DNA of 61,786 bases from NCBI GenBank assembly GCA_049700315.1, contig JBNAVN010000008.1, positions 1 to 61,786 of the forward strand, in the 5' to 3' direction. This DNA is from a bacterium (GTDB lineage Bacteria; Hydrothermota; Tepidihabitantia; SM23-42; JAOAFX01). The position numbers and the translations under genes are program-made. Below the pieces are notes generated by a model that ran no database searches, was not told the origin of the DNA, and saw only the letters and a program-made list of their open reading frames with translations. Shown piece by piece: positions 17,076-27,308 of this stretch (position 1 is the first letter of the stretch; every line of letters begins with the position of its first letter).

Positions 17076-19856
17076 ATGGAAGAGAAAATCAAAATAATCC
17101 ACATTGACCAGCCTTTTCTAAGGATTTTTGCAGATTATTACTTTGAAAGATTCAAAGAATTTAATCCCGATTTTTCTAAAACTCTGATTGTCTTTCCCAG
17201 CGAGAGGAATAAATTTTATTTTCGACGCTACCTTCTAAATTCTGCGCATGCAAAGGGCATTATTCCACCGACGATGCTGACGGTTGAGGAGTTGACTGAT
17301 TATCTATATGAGAAACTCGGTGGAGAAGGGGCGAGTATCCTCCACAACATTGAAAGAAATTTCATTCTGAAAAAGGCTATTGATGATTTAAAGATTAAAC
17401 ACTGGCAAGATTTGCCATTCTTGAAATTCATATCAATCGGTGATCGGTTACTGAATTTCTATGACGAATTGAGTCAGGAACAAATGAATATTGAAGATGT
17501 TAAACAAAAATCTGATGAGTTGCATTTTTCTGAAAGATATGTAAAAAATGAGCTGCCAATTTTAGAAAGAGTTTACAAAAAGTACCGTGAGAATCTGACT
17601 GAAGCAGGTTACAGAGATAGAATTGATGAATTTGAAGCAATTTACGAAAATTATGATTCAAAGATACTTGAAGAATTTGATTCTATTCTTATCGCTGGTA
17701 TTGCTGCCACCACATCATTTGAAAAATTCCTGTTAAAGAGGATTATTTCAGAGCTTCCCGCAGAGTTGGTAATTCATTCTGGAGGACCTGAAGAAATTGC
17801 ATCAAGTACTAACCCGAATGGAAAGTTTCATCTTCATTACAAATTACTGAGTGATCTTGATGTGGATATTAGAAAAGTTATGGTTATTGGCAATCATCCA
17901 TCAGTTAAGCCGGTTGTCCATCTGAAACCGCTTGAGACAATAACGAAACAGACATTTTATCTTGGCGACATTGTTCGTGAAGCAATCAAGAAATATAAAG
18001 AGCTCCATCGCATTGGCATTGTGTTGACCGATGAATCTTTGTTGTTTCCAATTACGGAAATTCTAAGGTCTTATGATATTGAATATAATCTGTCCGCAGG
18101 AATTCCTTTTACCAACCTAATTTTCTATTCATTTTTGAAACATTTATATGATGCAATAAATAGTAATCTCCATTATTCAGAGTTTTTTATTTTTCTCCAG
18201 CATCCTTTGATCAAGAATGCATCAATCAATAATGTTGAACTTCGTCCCCTTGTATATGGATTGAGAAATAAGATGGTTGAAAAGAAAATAAGAAATTTTC
18301 AGATAGAAGAACAGGGTGATCAGATAATGATTCATGGTCTTGAGCCGGGATTCCTTCCGCTGATGAATTTCTTGAAAAGATGCTTTGAAACAGTGGAACA
18401 GAAATTGGATTTCAGTGACTATATTGAAAATCTCATCAAATTGCTCAACGATGTGCTTACTTACAATCAGGAAATAATTAAAGCAAATTTTCCAGGGGTC
18501 AGGGAATTCTTTGAGAGATTGCATAATCTTGCCCAGCTGAGGATTGAGCATAACGCAATTCCGATGGGTATTGATACACTTGAGTTTATCTTGAGAATAC
18601 TGCAGGATGGGAAATACCATGTTGAAGGTGCGCCACTAAAAGGAATTCAGATTATTGGTGTGCTGGAATCAAGAAATCTTGATTTTGATTGCATCATCTT
18701 ACCTTTAATGAATGAAGGGATTTTTCCGAGAAAAAGCGAGAAAGATATGTTTATTAACTCAGCCTTAAGAAAAGAGATGGGATTGATTACTGAAGAAGAG
18801 AGAAGTAATCTTTATTATTACTATTTCACTCAACTAACCAGTGGCAAAAAAGAGGTTTTCATTTCCTACATAGCAGAAGAGAAAAAGGATGTACCATCAA
18901 GATTTATAATGATGCCTGAATCAAAGGGGTTTATTGAAGATAAGGAGAAGATCATATTTGTCAGGAACGTATTCACTGTGAAAGAGCACAGTGCCAATAA
19001 AAATAGCCAAATTATCAAAGAACTATTTAAAAGGTTCAAGGGGGGTTTGAGTTACAGCGTACTCAAGTCATATAAGGGTTGTCCATATCAGTTCTATCTT
19101 AAATATCTGCTTAGAATAGAAGAACTTGATAGGATAGCTGAAGAATTTGATGCGCTTATCTGGGGTTTGTTGTTCCACAATGTTGCTGAAGAGTTCTACA
19201 GGAAATACTTTCCAAATGGGCTCAAAAAAGAGCAACTGGATGATGCGACAGAGAAAATCAATAAGATCTTAGATCAAAGAATTAATTCTGGAGGTTATGT
19301 GGCATTGCCTTTGAAATCAATTGTCCATTTTGATGCTGAATTATTTAAGAAATACCTGCAGAAGTTTCTGATGAGTGAAATTGAAAGGTTTGAACAGGGT
19401 TATATGATTTTTACTGAATCAGAAGAAAAAAAATTGAATGATTCAATAGAGATAGACAGTTATACCATACCCCTCACTGGATTTGTTGATAGGATAGATT
19501 TAAAAGACGGTTACTATTACATAATTGACTACAAAACAGGGAGTTTACCGGACAGCAAGTCTTATGAGATCGGAGAAGAGTTTACAGAATTCCAGTTGCC
19601 TCTTTATGCTATGATGTTTGCCAAAAATTATAAAGAAAAAATTGGCGGTTTGGTTTACTATAAAATAGGTAAAAGTATTGAGATTAAAGAGATATGTAGT
19701 AAGAACGATGTGAAAGACTATTTAGCTGAATTTAGAAAGAAAATACTAATACCTGTTATCAGTGAGATGATTGATATTAAAGTGCCTTTTTATCAGGCAA
19801 AAGACAAGATTTCCTGTGAATATTGTGCATATAACCTTTTCTGCGGAAGGAAATAA
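17076..19856 (+). CDS. addB: AddB-like inactive helicase / PD-(D/E)XK nuclease
   Basis: LIVFPSER, IQIIGVLESRNLDFD, GCPYQFYLKY, GFVDRID...IIDYKTG, QLPLY, terminal CEYCAYNLFC Fe-S staple. Start MEEK at 17076. Confidence 0.85.
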   Translation: MEEKIKIIHIDQPFLRIFADYYFERFKEFNPDFSKTLIVFPSERNKFYFRRYLLNSAHAKGIIPPTMLTVEELTDYLYEKLGGEGASILHNIERNFILKKAIDDLKIKHWQDLPFLKFISIGDRLLNFYDELSQEQMNIEDVKQKSDELHFSERYVKNELPILERVYKKYRENLTEAGYRDRIDEFEAIYENYDSKILEEFDSILIAGIAATTSFEKFLLKRIISELPAELVIHSGGPEEIASSTNPNGKFHLHYKLLSDLDVDIRKVMVIGNHPSVKPVVHLKPLETITKQTFYLGDIVREAIKKYKELHRIGIVLTDESLLFPITEILRSYDIEYNLSAGIPFTNLIFYSFLKHLYDAINSNLHYSEFFIFLQHPLIKNASINNVELRPLVYGLRNKMVEKKIRNFQIEEQGDQIMIHGLEPGFLPLMNFLKRCFETVEQKLDFSDYIENLIKLLNDVLTYNQEIIKANFPGVREFFERLHNLAQLRIEHNAIPMGIDTLEFILRILQDGKYHVEGAPLKGIQIIGVLESRNLDFDCIILPLMNEGIFPRKSEKDMFINSALRKEMGLITEEERSNLYYYYFTQLTSGKKEVFISYIAEEKKDVPSRFIMMPESKGFIEDKEKIIFVRNVFTVKEHSANKNSQIIKELFKRFKGGLSYSVLKSYKGCPYQFYLKYLLRIEELDRIAEEFDALIWGLLFHNVAEEFYRKYFPNGLKKEQLDDATEKINKILDQRINSGGYVALPLKSIVHFDAELFKKYLQKFLMSEIERFEQGYMIFTESEEKKLNDSIEIDSYTIPLTGFVDRIDLKDGYYYIIDYKTGSLPDSKSYEIGEEFTEFQLPLYAMMFAKNYKEKIGGLVYYKIGKSIEIKEICSKNDVKDYLAEFRKKILIPVISEMIDIKVPFYQAKDKISCEYCAYNLFCGRK

Positions 19857-19866
19857 AACGAGATAA

Positions 19867-22800
19867 ATGGAAGACATTAAGAATATCGCGCTTATTTCAG
19901 CAGCTGGTTCCGGTAAGACCCATGCGCTGACCAAACGGTTTCTTTTTCTTTTCTTGAGCAAGAACAACTATCCTTTAGAATTTCTCTATGCCATAACCTT
20001 TACAAATGCAGCAGCATACGAGATGAAGTCACGAATATTAAGATATCTTGAGGTATTAGCTACCGGTCATTTTGAAAAACCACAGGAAGAAGATGTGCTG
20101 AATTATTTTAAGAAAATCTATAGTGAGAAAGAATTAGCGAAGATTGCTGAGTGCAAAAGAGGATATTTGTTGAATAATCTATCAAATCTGAATGTTTCAA
20201 CATTTCACAGTCTTTTCGCTTCATTTTTGTCAGCCATTCCATTTGAAGCCGGAATAATGCCTGACTACAGAATAATTGAAGAAACAGAAGAGGAAATTAT
20301 GTTTGAGCAGGCGATAGATAAGTATTTTGAAAAGGCATATAACGATAAAAAATCAGCAAAGGCAATCTCTGATCTTATCATGCTTGAAGAAAGAAAAATC
20401 AGGGATATAATCAGCAGACTATATGAAGATTACAAACCATGGCTCTCGTATTTATCTGAGTTGCACAGACAGAAGGAACAATTGTCAAAGGAATTAGATA
20501 AACATAGTAAAGCAGTCGTGGCTGCGATGAAACAATTCAAGGGTTTTGTGGAAAAAAATATAGAGGCGACATATATAAAAAATGGTGAGATCAACAGATA
20601 TTGGTTTGAGTTTTTGAAAAAGATTGATCAATTTCTTACCAACAAAGACTATGACACATTGTGTCCATTGTTATCATATTTTATGACGAAAGAAGGGATG
20701 CAAAAAGGCTATTTCATAGATTTCCATAATAGACTTGAAAATCCCGGACAATACGAAGAAATAATTCTACAAACAAAAAAAACCATCTCATCGTATCTTG
20801 AAGCATTATCAAATAATGAACTCATTATTAAATTCCAGCCTCTGTTAGAAATTCATACAATATTTCAAAAAGAGAAGAGAAAAAAAAATGTGATAAGTTT
20901 CAGTGATATTGAAGATTTAGTATATGCTGTTCTTTCAGAACTACAAGATGAACGAGAAGTTGATTATCTATACTTCAAATTAGGGTCTCGTATTAACCAT
21001 TTGATGATTGATGAATTCCAGGATACAAGTTATAAGCAGATTGATATTCTTATACCCATAATTGATGAAATTACTGCTTATAATCCTGAAGAAAAGAGTC
21101 TATTCTATGTGGGTGATCCGCATCAGGCAATATTCAGATGGAGACAGGGAGCACCTGAATTATTTGATAAAATAAAACAAGATTATGAAGGTAAGATTTC
21201 TGAAGAGAAACTTGATATGAATTATCGCTCAAAAATAGAGATTATCAACTTTGTGAACAAGATTTTAAATAAAAAAGACAAAGCCGATTCCAATAATTCA
21301 GGTGGCTGGTTAAGGCTTGAAGAACTCGGTGAATTCCCCAACAAAGACGAAGGTAATGAAGCATGTATGAATCGTGTGGTTGAGATAATAAAAGAACTAA
21401 TAGAGAAAGGGTATAAAGAAAGGGATATTGCAATTTTGATTAGGAAAAATGATTTTGGTAAAAAACTCTCAGCGATTCTATCTAAGAATGATATACCATT
21501 TTTGAGCAGGGCACAGGCAAGTATAATGGACGAACCCGATATTCATTTTATTATCAATCTTTTGAGATTTTTAGATAATCCTGAAGATGATTTCAGCCTT
21601 TTCCATGTGCTAATGTCTAACATATTCAATCTGAATGAAGGAATGATTCATAATATTAGAGTTGACAACAAAACTCTGTTCTTGTCGCTCACCAGCAATC
21701 ATCCTGACTGGAATGTGACAAGAAAACTAAAAGAACTACTCTCCTTGGTGTATTTTATGAATCCTTACCAGTTGATCTTTCATATCTGCAAATCTTTGAA
21801 CATCAGTATATCTTATCCTATCGGTTCCTTGCTTGATGCTGCTGCCAATTATACCACCGAAGGTTTTGGTTCTCTAACTGATTTTATCGACTGGATTGAC
21901 CGATATGGAGAAACGATAGAAAGCAAAGAGACACAGTTTGAAGGTGTTCGAATAATGACTATCCATAAGGCAAAAGGATTGGAATTTGAGGTTGTTATAC
22001 TACCCGAGACTAACTGGATTAATAAAATGGATAGCGAATTGATTGTTTCTTATTCAGAAAGGGCCAAACCTGAAAAAATATTCTTAAGAAACTATGGTAA
22101 ATTCCTGCCCGGCTTACTGGAAAAGGAGAAAGAACTATGCTTGATTGATGAATTAAATCTTCTCTATGTGGCGTTAACAAGGGCAAAATCAGGCGTATGG
22201 ATGCTTGGATACAAAAGAAAGAAGGGCGGTTCAGGCTTCTGGTTTGAGACAATCAAAGAGCATTTAGACAACAGCCCTTTACCTAATGACGACATTACCA
22301 GAAAAGAAATACAGATGCCTCAGAAAGAAAAGGAAAAAGGACCTTACAAGAGTGCTGGTGAGCAAATTTCCAAGATCGGTGAAGAGAGGGAACTGTATTC
22401 ACCAACTGAACGTGGTATTGAGATAATTGAGCCTGCCAGACGCAGGGGAATGAGATTTGGCGACATTGTGCATAAGGCGTTGAATAAAGTTAATTGGCTT
22501 GACGATGTTGAGATTGATGGTTTTGTTGATACCTTGTCAACATATGTTAAGAGTAATTATGCGCGAACCCCTGAAGAGATTAATGAAGTTGACAGGAGAC
22601 TAAAACCACTTTTACGTGAAATCTTTAATGACCCTGATTTGCGATTCGTATTTTATAAAGATAAACGAGATGTGAAATTCAAGAATGAACTGCAGCTTTA
22701 TTTTGAAGAAGGCAAGAAGGACATCTCGGTGCATATTGATCGTGTTCTTATTGAGCCTGATAAGATTACTATTATTGATTATAAGACTGGCTCTGAAAAA

Positions 22801-22929
22801 TCAGATTACATTCACCAGATGAAAATGTATAAAAGGGGCATAGAAGCAATCTATCCGGGTATGCAAGTGAGTACTATTTTGATATATTTAGACAATTCTT
22901 CAGGAAATAGAATCAAATTAATTGATTAA
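19867..22929 (+). CDS. addA: AddA/UvrD-family helicase-nuclease
   Basis: SAAGSGKT, AITFTNAAA, LMIDEFQDTS, VGDPHQAIFRWR, MTIHKAKGLEF, LYVALTRA, C-terminal IDRV...IIDYKTG nuclease. Confidence 0.88.
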   Translation: MEDIKNIALISAAGSGKTHALTKRFLFLFLSKNNYPLEFLYAITFTNAAAYEMKSRILRYLEVLATGHFEKPQEEDVLNYFKKIYSEKELAKIAECKRGYLLNNLSNLNVSTFHSLFASFLSAIPFEAGIMPDYRIIEETEEEIMFEQAIDKYFEKAYNDKKSAKAISDLIMLEERKIRDIISRLYEDYKPWLSYLSELHRQKEQLSKELDKHSKAVVAAMKQFKGFVEKNIEATYIKNGEINRYWFEFLKKIDQFLTNKDYDTLCPLLSYFMTKEGMQKGYFIDFHNRLENPGQYEEIILQTKKTISSYLEALSNNELIIKFQPLLEIHTIFQKEKRKKNVISFSDIEDLVYAVLSELQDEREVDYLYFKLGSRINHLMIDEFQDTSYKQIDILIPIIDEITAYNPEEKSLFYVGDPHQAIFRWRQGAPELFDKIKQDYEGKISEEKLDMNYRSKIEIINFVNKILNKKDKADSNNSGGWLRLEELGEFPNKDEGNEACMNRVVEIIKELIEKGYKERDIAILIRKNDFGKKLSAILSKNDIPFLSRAQASIMDEPDIHFIINLLRFLDNPEDDFSLFHVLMSNIFNLNEGMIHNIRVDNKTLFLSLTSNHPDWNVTRKLKELLSLVYFMNPYQLIFHICKSLNISISYPIGSLLDAAANYTTEGFGSLTDFIDWIDRYGETIESKETQFEGVRIMTIHKAKGLEFEVVILPETNWINKMDSELIVSYSERAKPEKIFLRNYGKFLPGLLEKEKELCLIDELNLLYVALTRAKSGVWMLGYKRKKGGSGFWFETIKEHLDNSPLPNDDITRKEIQMPQKEKEKGPYKSAGEQISKIGEERELYSPTERGIEIIEPARRRGMRFGDIVHKALNKVNWLDDVEIDGFVDTLSTYVKSNYARTPEEINEVDRRLKPLLREIFNDPDLRFVFYKDKRDVKFKNELQLYFEEGKKDISVHIDRVLIEPDKITIIDYKTGSEKSDYIHQMKMYKRGIEAIYPGMQVSTILIYLDNSSGNRIKLID

Positions 22930-22956
22930 AAAATTCTGTTTCTATTTTGTTTATTT

Positions 22957-23862
22957 CTAACAGGTTTTTATCATATCTTTATCACGGCAGGTGCCAAATT
23001 CAACCTGGATTGTAATGTGATTAATTCCGAATTTTTGGGAAAGTAATTCTTCAATCTTTTTGATGATTTCTGCAACCTCGCTTGTCCGATAATCTTCACA
23101 TACATCAATGTGTCCTTCAAAATGTATATCTTTATCGGTCATCTGCCAGATATGGATATGGTGCAGATTGTGGACCTCAGGGATACTTTCAATTGCGTAT
23201 TTTATCTCCATTAGGTCAATACCTTCGGGTGTTGATTGCATAAGAATGTTTACAGTGTCACGCATAACAAGATAACTTTCGCGCAAAATATAAATTCCAA
23301 TCACAATCGTTAGTATCGGGTCAATGACATAAATATTGAAAAACTGTATAAGAATACCGCCGATAACCACGGCAATTGATGATAATGAATCCGCAACAAG
23401 ATGGAGGTATGCTGATTTGATATTGAGATTGTGTCCTGCATCTCTTTTCAATAGAAATACACCTATGAGATTGGCAACAAGACCGATTATTGCAACAATC
23501 ATCATTAATAAGCTATTTATCGGATGGGGTGAAAAGAGTCGCGTGATTGCTTCCTTGAATAGAAAAAAGATTATGATAATCAGGACAGATGAATTGAATA
23601 ATGCAGCAAGAATTTCAGCCCTTTTGTAGCCAAATGTCTTCTGAACAGTACTTTTGCGCTGACTCAGACGCAAGGCAAGATAACTAATTAAGATTGCAAT
23701 ACCATCACTAAAATTGTGCAACGCATCCGAAACAAGTGCAAGACTGTTTGCGAGCAATCCACCGATAACTTCAGCAATCGTGATAATGAAATTTAATAAT
23801 ATGACGAACAGGACATTCTTTTTGCTGATGGCTATATGTTTGTGCAAGTTGTCGGCATCCAT
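22957..23862 (-). CDS. cation diffusion facilitator (CzcD/ZitB-like) transporter
   Basis: NSLALVSDALHNFSD, TFGYKRAEILAA, NIKSAYLHLVADSLSS, HHIHIWQ, HITIQVE. Confidence 0.92.
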   Translation of the reverse strand: MDADNLHKHIAISKKNVLFVILLNFIITIAEVIGGLLANSLALVSDALHNFSDGIAILISYLALRLSQRKSTVQKTFGYKRAEILAALFNSSVLIIIIFFLFKEAITRLFSPHPINSLLMMIVAIIGLVANLIGVFLLKRDAGHNLNIKSAYLHLVADSLSSIAVVIGGILIQFFNIYVIDPILTIVIGIYILRESYLVMRDTVNILMQSTPEGIDLMEIKYAIESIPEVHNLHHIHIWQMTDKDIHFEGHIDVCEDYRTSEVAEIIKKIEELLSQKFGINHITIQVEFGTCRDKDMIKTC

Positions 23863-23997
23863 TTTGATAGTATATCGTTTTTGGAAAAAAGGTCAAGATA
23901 TGATGAGTTGATTTAATATAAGATTCATTGATAAAGTTCACTTAATGGATCACATATCAATACTTGCATTATCCTTTTGTTTATTTATAATTCATTG

Positions 23998-24900
23998 ATG
24001 CAAGGAATTATCACAATCGTCGGTCCCACAGCCATTGGCAAGACCAGGATTGCAATTGAGACTGCTGAAAAGTTTAATGGAGAAATTATTTCTGCTGACT
24101 CAAGGCAAGTTTATAAATACCTGAATATTGGAACTGCCAAACCTACATTAGAAGAAAGAAAGAGGGTAATGTTTCACCTAATCGATTTTTTAAATCCTGA
24201 CGAAAATTATTCGTGTGGAAATTTTGCACGGGATGCAGAGTTGCTAGTTGAAAAAATTTTGCAGAGGAATAAGGTTCCAATTGTCTGTGGGGGGACCGGT
24301 CTTTATATCAGGGCATTATACAACCCATTACATCAATTACCACAGGCTGATAAGAATCTAAAAGAGAAATTGCAGGAAATGTTAAAAGAAAAGGGACTTG
24401 ATTTTCTTTATGATAGACTCCTTGAGATTGACCCGGAATGGGCGAAAAAGGTTGGTCCCAGGGACAAACAACGCATTTTAAGAGGTCTTGAGGTTTATGA
24501 GATCACAAAAAGACCTTTGAGCGAATTGATTAAAGAAGAGAGGAATCAGGCTCGCTATAGACCAAAATATGTTGGACTAATAATGCCCAGGAATGAATTA
24601 TACAAAAGGATAGATAATCGCTATGATAAAATGATTGAAGATGGTCTTGTTGATGAAGTTAAAAATATTTTAAAAATGGGTTTTAAATCAGATTGTTATG
24701 GTTTACGAACAATTGGATATAAAGAGATTGTGAAATACTTACAAGGCGATTGGGATTTGCAGACTGCCATAGATAAGGCAAAACAACACACAAGGAATTT
24801 TGCAAAAAGGCAGATTACCTGGTTTAAGAAGATTTCTGAGGTCAACTGGTATAATCTAAAGGATTTACATATTGATGGTGAATTTTTTAAGAGCTTGTAA
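23998..24900 (+). CDS. miaA: tRNA dimethylallyltransferase
   Basis: GPTAIGKT, ISADSRQVY, IGTAKP, GGTGLY, IGYKE, FAKRQITWF. Start at ATG 23998, 6 nt after a TTGCAT-16-TATAAT promoter. Confidence 0.95.
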   Translation: MQGIITIVGPTAIGKTRIAIETAEKFNGEIISADSRQVYKYLNIGTAKPTLEERKRVMFHLIDFLNPDENYSCGNFARDAELLVEKILQRNKVPIVCGGTGLYIRALYNPLHQLPQADKNLKEKLQEMLKEKGLDFLYDRLLEIDPEWAKKVGPRDKQRILRGLEVYEITKRPLSELIKEERNQARYRPKYVGLIMPRNELYKRIDNRYDKMIEDGLVDEVKNILKMGFKSDCYGLRTIGYKEIVKYLQGDWDLQTAIDKAKQHTRNFAKRQITWFKKISEVNWYNLKDLHIDGEFFKSL

Positions 24901-25032
24901 TATGACCGGATAGGTGAAATGCATTGCAACAAATTGATTTTTACGAAAGAAATGTAACTGTTCAGTCCAATGCACGTGTCCTGATGAAATTCATGATTGG
25001 GTAACTGCCTTTTGCATTCAATAGAGATCAGC

Positions 25033-25755
25033 TTATGAAACTGTTTTTTTAAACTTCTCGCGTACAATCTTTTCTACCAGATCTATCTCCTGTTCTATCG
25101 TCAAGTTTGTGGTATCAATTTCTATTGCATCATCTGCCTTTTTTAAGGGTGAATGCTTGCGGCTTGAATCATAATCATCGCGATATTTCAAATTATTCAG
25201 TGATTCCTCAAGGTTAATATTCATTCCCTTCTGCAATAGTTCTTTTCTCCGACGTTCAGCCCTTACGGATAAATCTGCGTTCATAAATATCTTCACCTGT
25301 GCATTCGGAAATACTACAGTTGCCATATCTCTACCTTCACATACAATATTTTTACCCCTGGCGATTTCTCTTTGTCGGTTGACCATCCATTCTCTCACTT
25401 GTTTTATCGCCGAAATTGGAGAAACAAGTTCATTTACCGCAGGTGTGCGAATTTCTTCAGTCACATCTTCTCCGTCAAGAAATACTTTAAGGTCATCATT
25501 ATGTCTGACCAATTCTATTTTTGTATTCTCAAGTAAAATCTTAAGTAATTCCAGGTCAGGGTCATTATGCCCAATGAATTGGGCAACTACATTATCTCCT
25601 TTTGAATTTTGCGCGCGCAAATATTTTAAAGTGAATGCCCGGTACATTGCACCGGTGTCAAGGTAGAAAAAATTTAATCTTTTTGCAACACCTTTTGCTG
25701 TGGTGCTTTTCCCGGAACCTGCCTTACCATCAATGGCTACAACAAAACTGGACAT
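25033..25755 (-). CDS. cmk: cytidylate kinase (with in-frame REP-containing insertion)
   Basis: AIDGKAGSGKST, YLDTGAMYR, EGRDM, RDDYDSSRKHSPL, IDTT. Confidence 0.95.
   Translation of the reverse strand: MSSFVVAIDGKAGSGKSTTAKGVAKRLNFFYLDTGAMYRAFTLKYLRAQNSKGDNVVAQFIGHNDPDLELLKILLENTKIELVRHNDDLKVFLDGEDVTEEIRTPAVNELVSPISAIKQVREWMVNRQREIARGKNIVCEGRDMATVVFPNAQVKIFMNADLSVRAERRRKELLQKGMNINLEESLNNLKYRDDYDSSRKHSPLKKADDAIEIDTTNLTIEQEIDLVEKIVREKFKKTVS
25568..25590 (-). repeat. GTAG-type REP-like palindrome inside cmk
   Basis: GTAGT-TGCCCAAT-TC-ATTGGGCA (perfect 8-bp stem) encoding VVAQFIGH. Confidence 0.75.
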
Positions 25756-26777
25756 TAAAATTCTTTAAGGCCTAATACAGAATAATGTTTCTTATAAAAA
25801 TCCCGGTATTCGCCACTCTGGGCATTTTTAAGCCATTTCTGATTTTTGCGATACCATTCAATGGTTCTTTTAAGCCCGGTCTCAAAAGAAATCCTGGGGT
25901 GCCAGCCAATCTGTCTTCTTATTTTGTTCAAAGATAATGAATATCTTCTATCATGACCTGGCCGATCTTTTACAAATGTGATCAGACTTTCCGGTCGATT
26001 CAATTTTCTTAATATGAATTTTACGACAAATAGATTGGTTAATTCATTCTCTCCACCAATGTTATAGATCTCGCCAATTTTACCATCGTGGAATACAAGG
26101 TCAATTGCTTCACAATTGTCTTCCACATAGAGCCAATCTCTTACATTCATACCGTCACCATAAACTGGAACTTTTTTGTTATTGAGGGCATTCAGTATTA
26201 CCAGGGGTATCAACTTTTCGGGAAATTGATAAGGGCCATAGTTGTTAGACGAGCGCGTTATGAGCGTTGGTAGACCATGAGTTTTGTAGTATGAAATTAC
26301 AAGGGCATCAGCGCCAGCTTTACTCGCTGCATAAGGACTCGACGGCTCCAGGGGGCTGTCCTCGCGAAAACTCCCATGTAGAATTGAGCCATATACTTCA
26401 TCGGTTGAAATTTGCATGAATTTCTTAACATTGTATTTGAGCGCGAGATTCAATAGCACGCCGACACCAATGACATTCGTCTTTATAAATGGAGCCGGAC
26501 TTAATATACTTCGGTCAACGTGGGTTTCAGCAGCAAAATTGATTACTGCATCAGGACGGAATTTCTCAAATATACGACGCATGGCTGGGGCAGAACTGAT
26601 ATCTGCTCGGACAAAACGATAATTACCCTTTTTTTCAAAACCCCTCAAATTCTCCAGATTACCTGCATATGTGAGTTTGTCAACATTGAGAATTTTGTAA
26701 TAAGGATGCCGGCAATTAAAATAACGAATAAAATTTGAACCAATAAATCCACAACCACCAGTTATTAATACTCTCAT
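25755..26777 (-). CDS. rfbB: dTDP-glucose 4,6-dehydratase
   Basis: TGGCGFIGSNF, DKLTYAGN, AAETHVDRSI, STDEVYG, YAASK, DRPGHDRRY. Confidence 0.96.
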   Translation of the reverse strand: MRVLITGGCGFIGSNFIRYFNCRHPYYKILNVDKLTYAGNLENLRGFEKKGNYRFVRADISSAPAMRRIFEKFRPDAVINFAAETHVDRSILSPAPFIKTNVIGVGVLLNLALKYNVKKFMQISTDEVYGSILHGSFREDSPLEPSSPYAASKAGADALVISYYKTHGLPTLITRSSNNYGPYQFPEKLIPLVILNALNNKKVPVYGDGMNVRDWLYVEDNCEAIDLVFHDGKIGEIYNIGGENELTNLFVVKFILRKLNRPESLITFVKDRPGHDRRYSLSLNKIRRQIGWHPRISFETGLKRTIEWYRKNQKWLKNAQSGEYRDFYKKHYSVLGLKEF

Positions 26778-26781
26778 AATT

Positions 26782-26813
26782 GTTTCGGGTTTCGGATTTC
26801 TAATTTCGAAATT
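26782..26813. repeat. degenerate heptamer tandem repeat in the rfbC-rfbB spacer
   Basis: GTTTCGG GTTTCGG ATTTCTA ATTTCGA, the same unit family as the (GATTTCG)n tract at 50962. Confidence 0.6.
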
Positions 26814-26819
26814 GACTGA

Positions 26820-27308
26820 TTATCCATCTTCCCTTTTCCAGTCATAAGGAATGTCTGAATTATGTGGCGGTTTCCGGTATTCATCAGGATTTTGATAATT
26901 GTAGCATTCGGTGACGATATTCAAAATAATACATTCTTCTTCGCTGATGCACTTGAATCCATGCCAGATGAGTTTTGGAATGTGTATGAGGATATGGTTA
27001 TGTTCACCAGCAAAGAATTCATTGATGATTCCCCTTGTTGGGCTATCTTCGCGATCATCATAGAGAACGACCTTTGCCATTCCTTTGATAACGGTCATAT
27101 TGTCATTCTGCAACTTATGATAATGCCATGCCTTTACTACTCCAGGGTAGGCAGTGGTGATATATACCTGTCCGAATTCTTCAAAACATTCATCATCTTT
27201 TCTTAGAATCTCCATAAGCCTGCCTCGTTCATCAGGCAACAATCTTAAGGTTTTAATTATGACACCATCAATCAATTCTTTTCCCTTAAAGCCAATAACT
27301 TGTTTCAT
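26820..27308 (-). CDS. rfbC: dTDP-4-dehydrorhamnose 3,5-epimerase family protein
   Basis: DERGRLMEI, GVVKAWHYH, IPKLIWHGF cupin motifs, inside the rfb cluster. Confidence 0.9.
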   Translation of the reverse strand: MKQVIGFKGKELIDGVIIKTLRLLPDERGRLMEILRKDDECFEEFGQVYITTAYPGVVKAWHYHKLQNDNMTVIKGMAKVVLYDDREDSPTRGIINEFFAGEHNHILIHIPKLIWHGFKCISEEECIILNIVTECYNYQNPDEYRKPPHNSDIPYDWKREDG

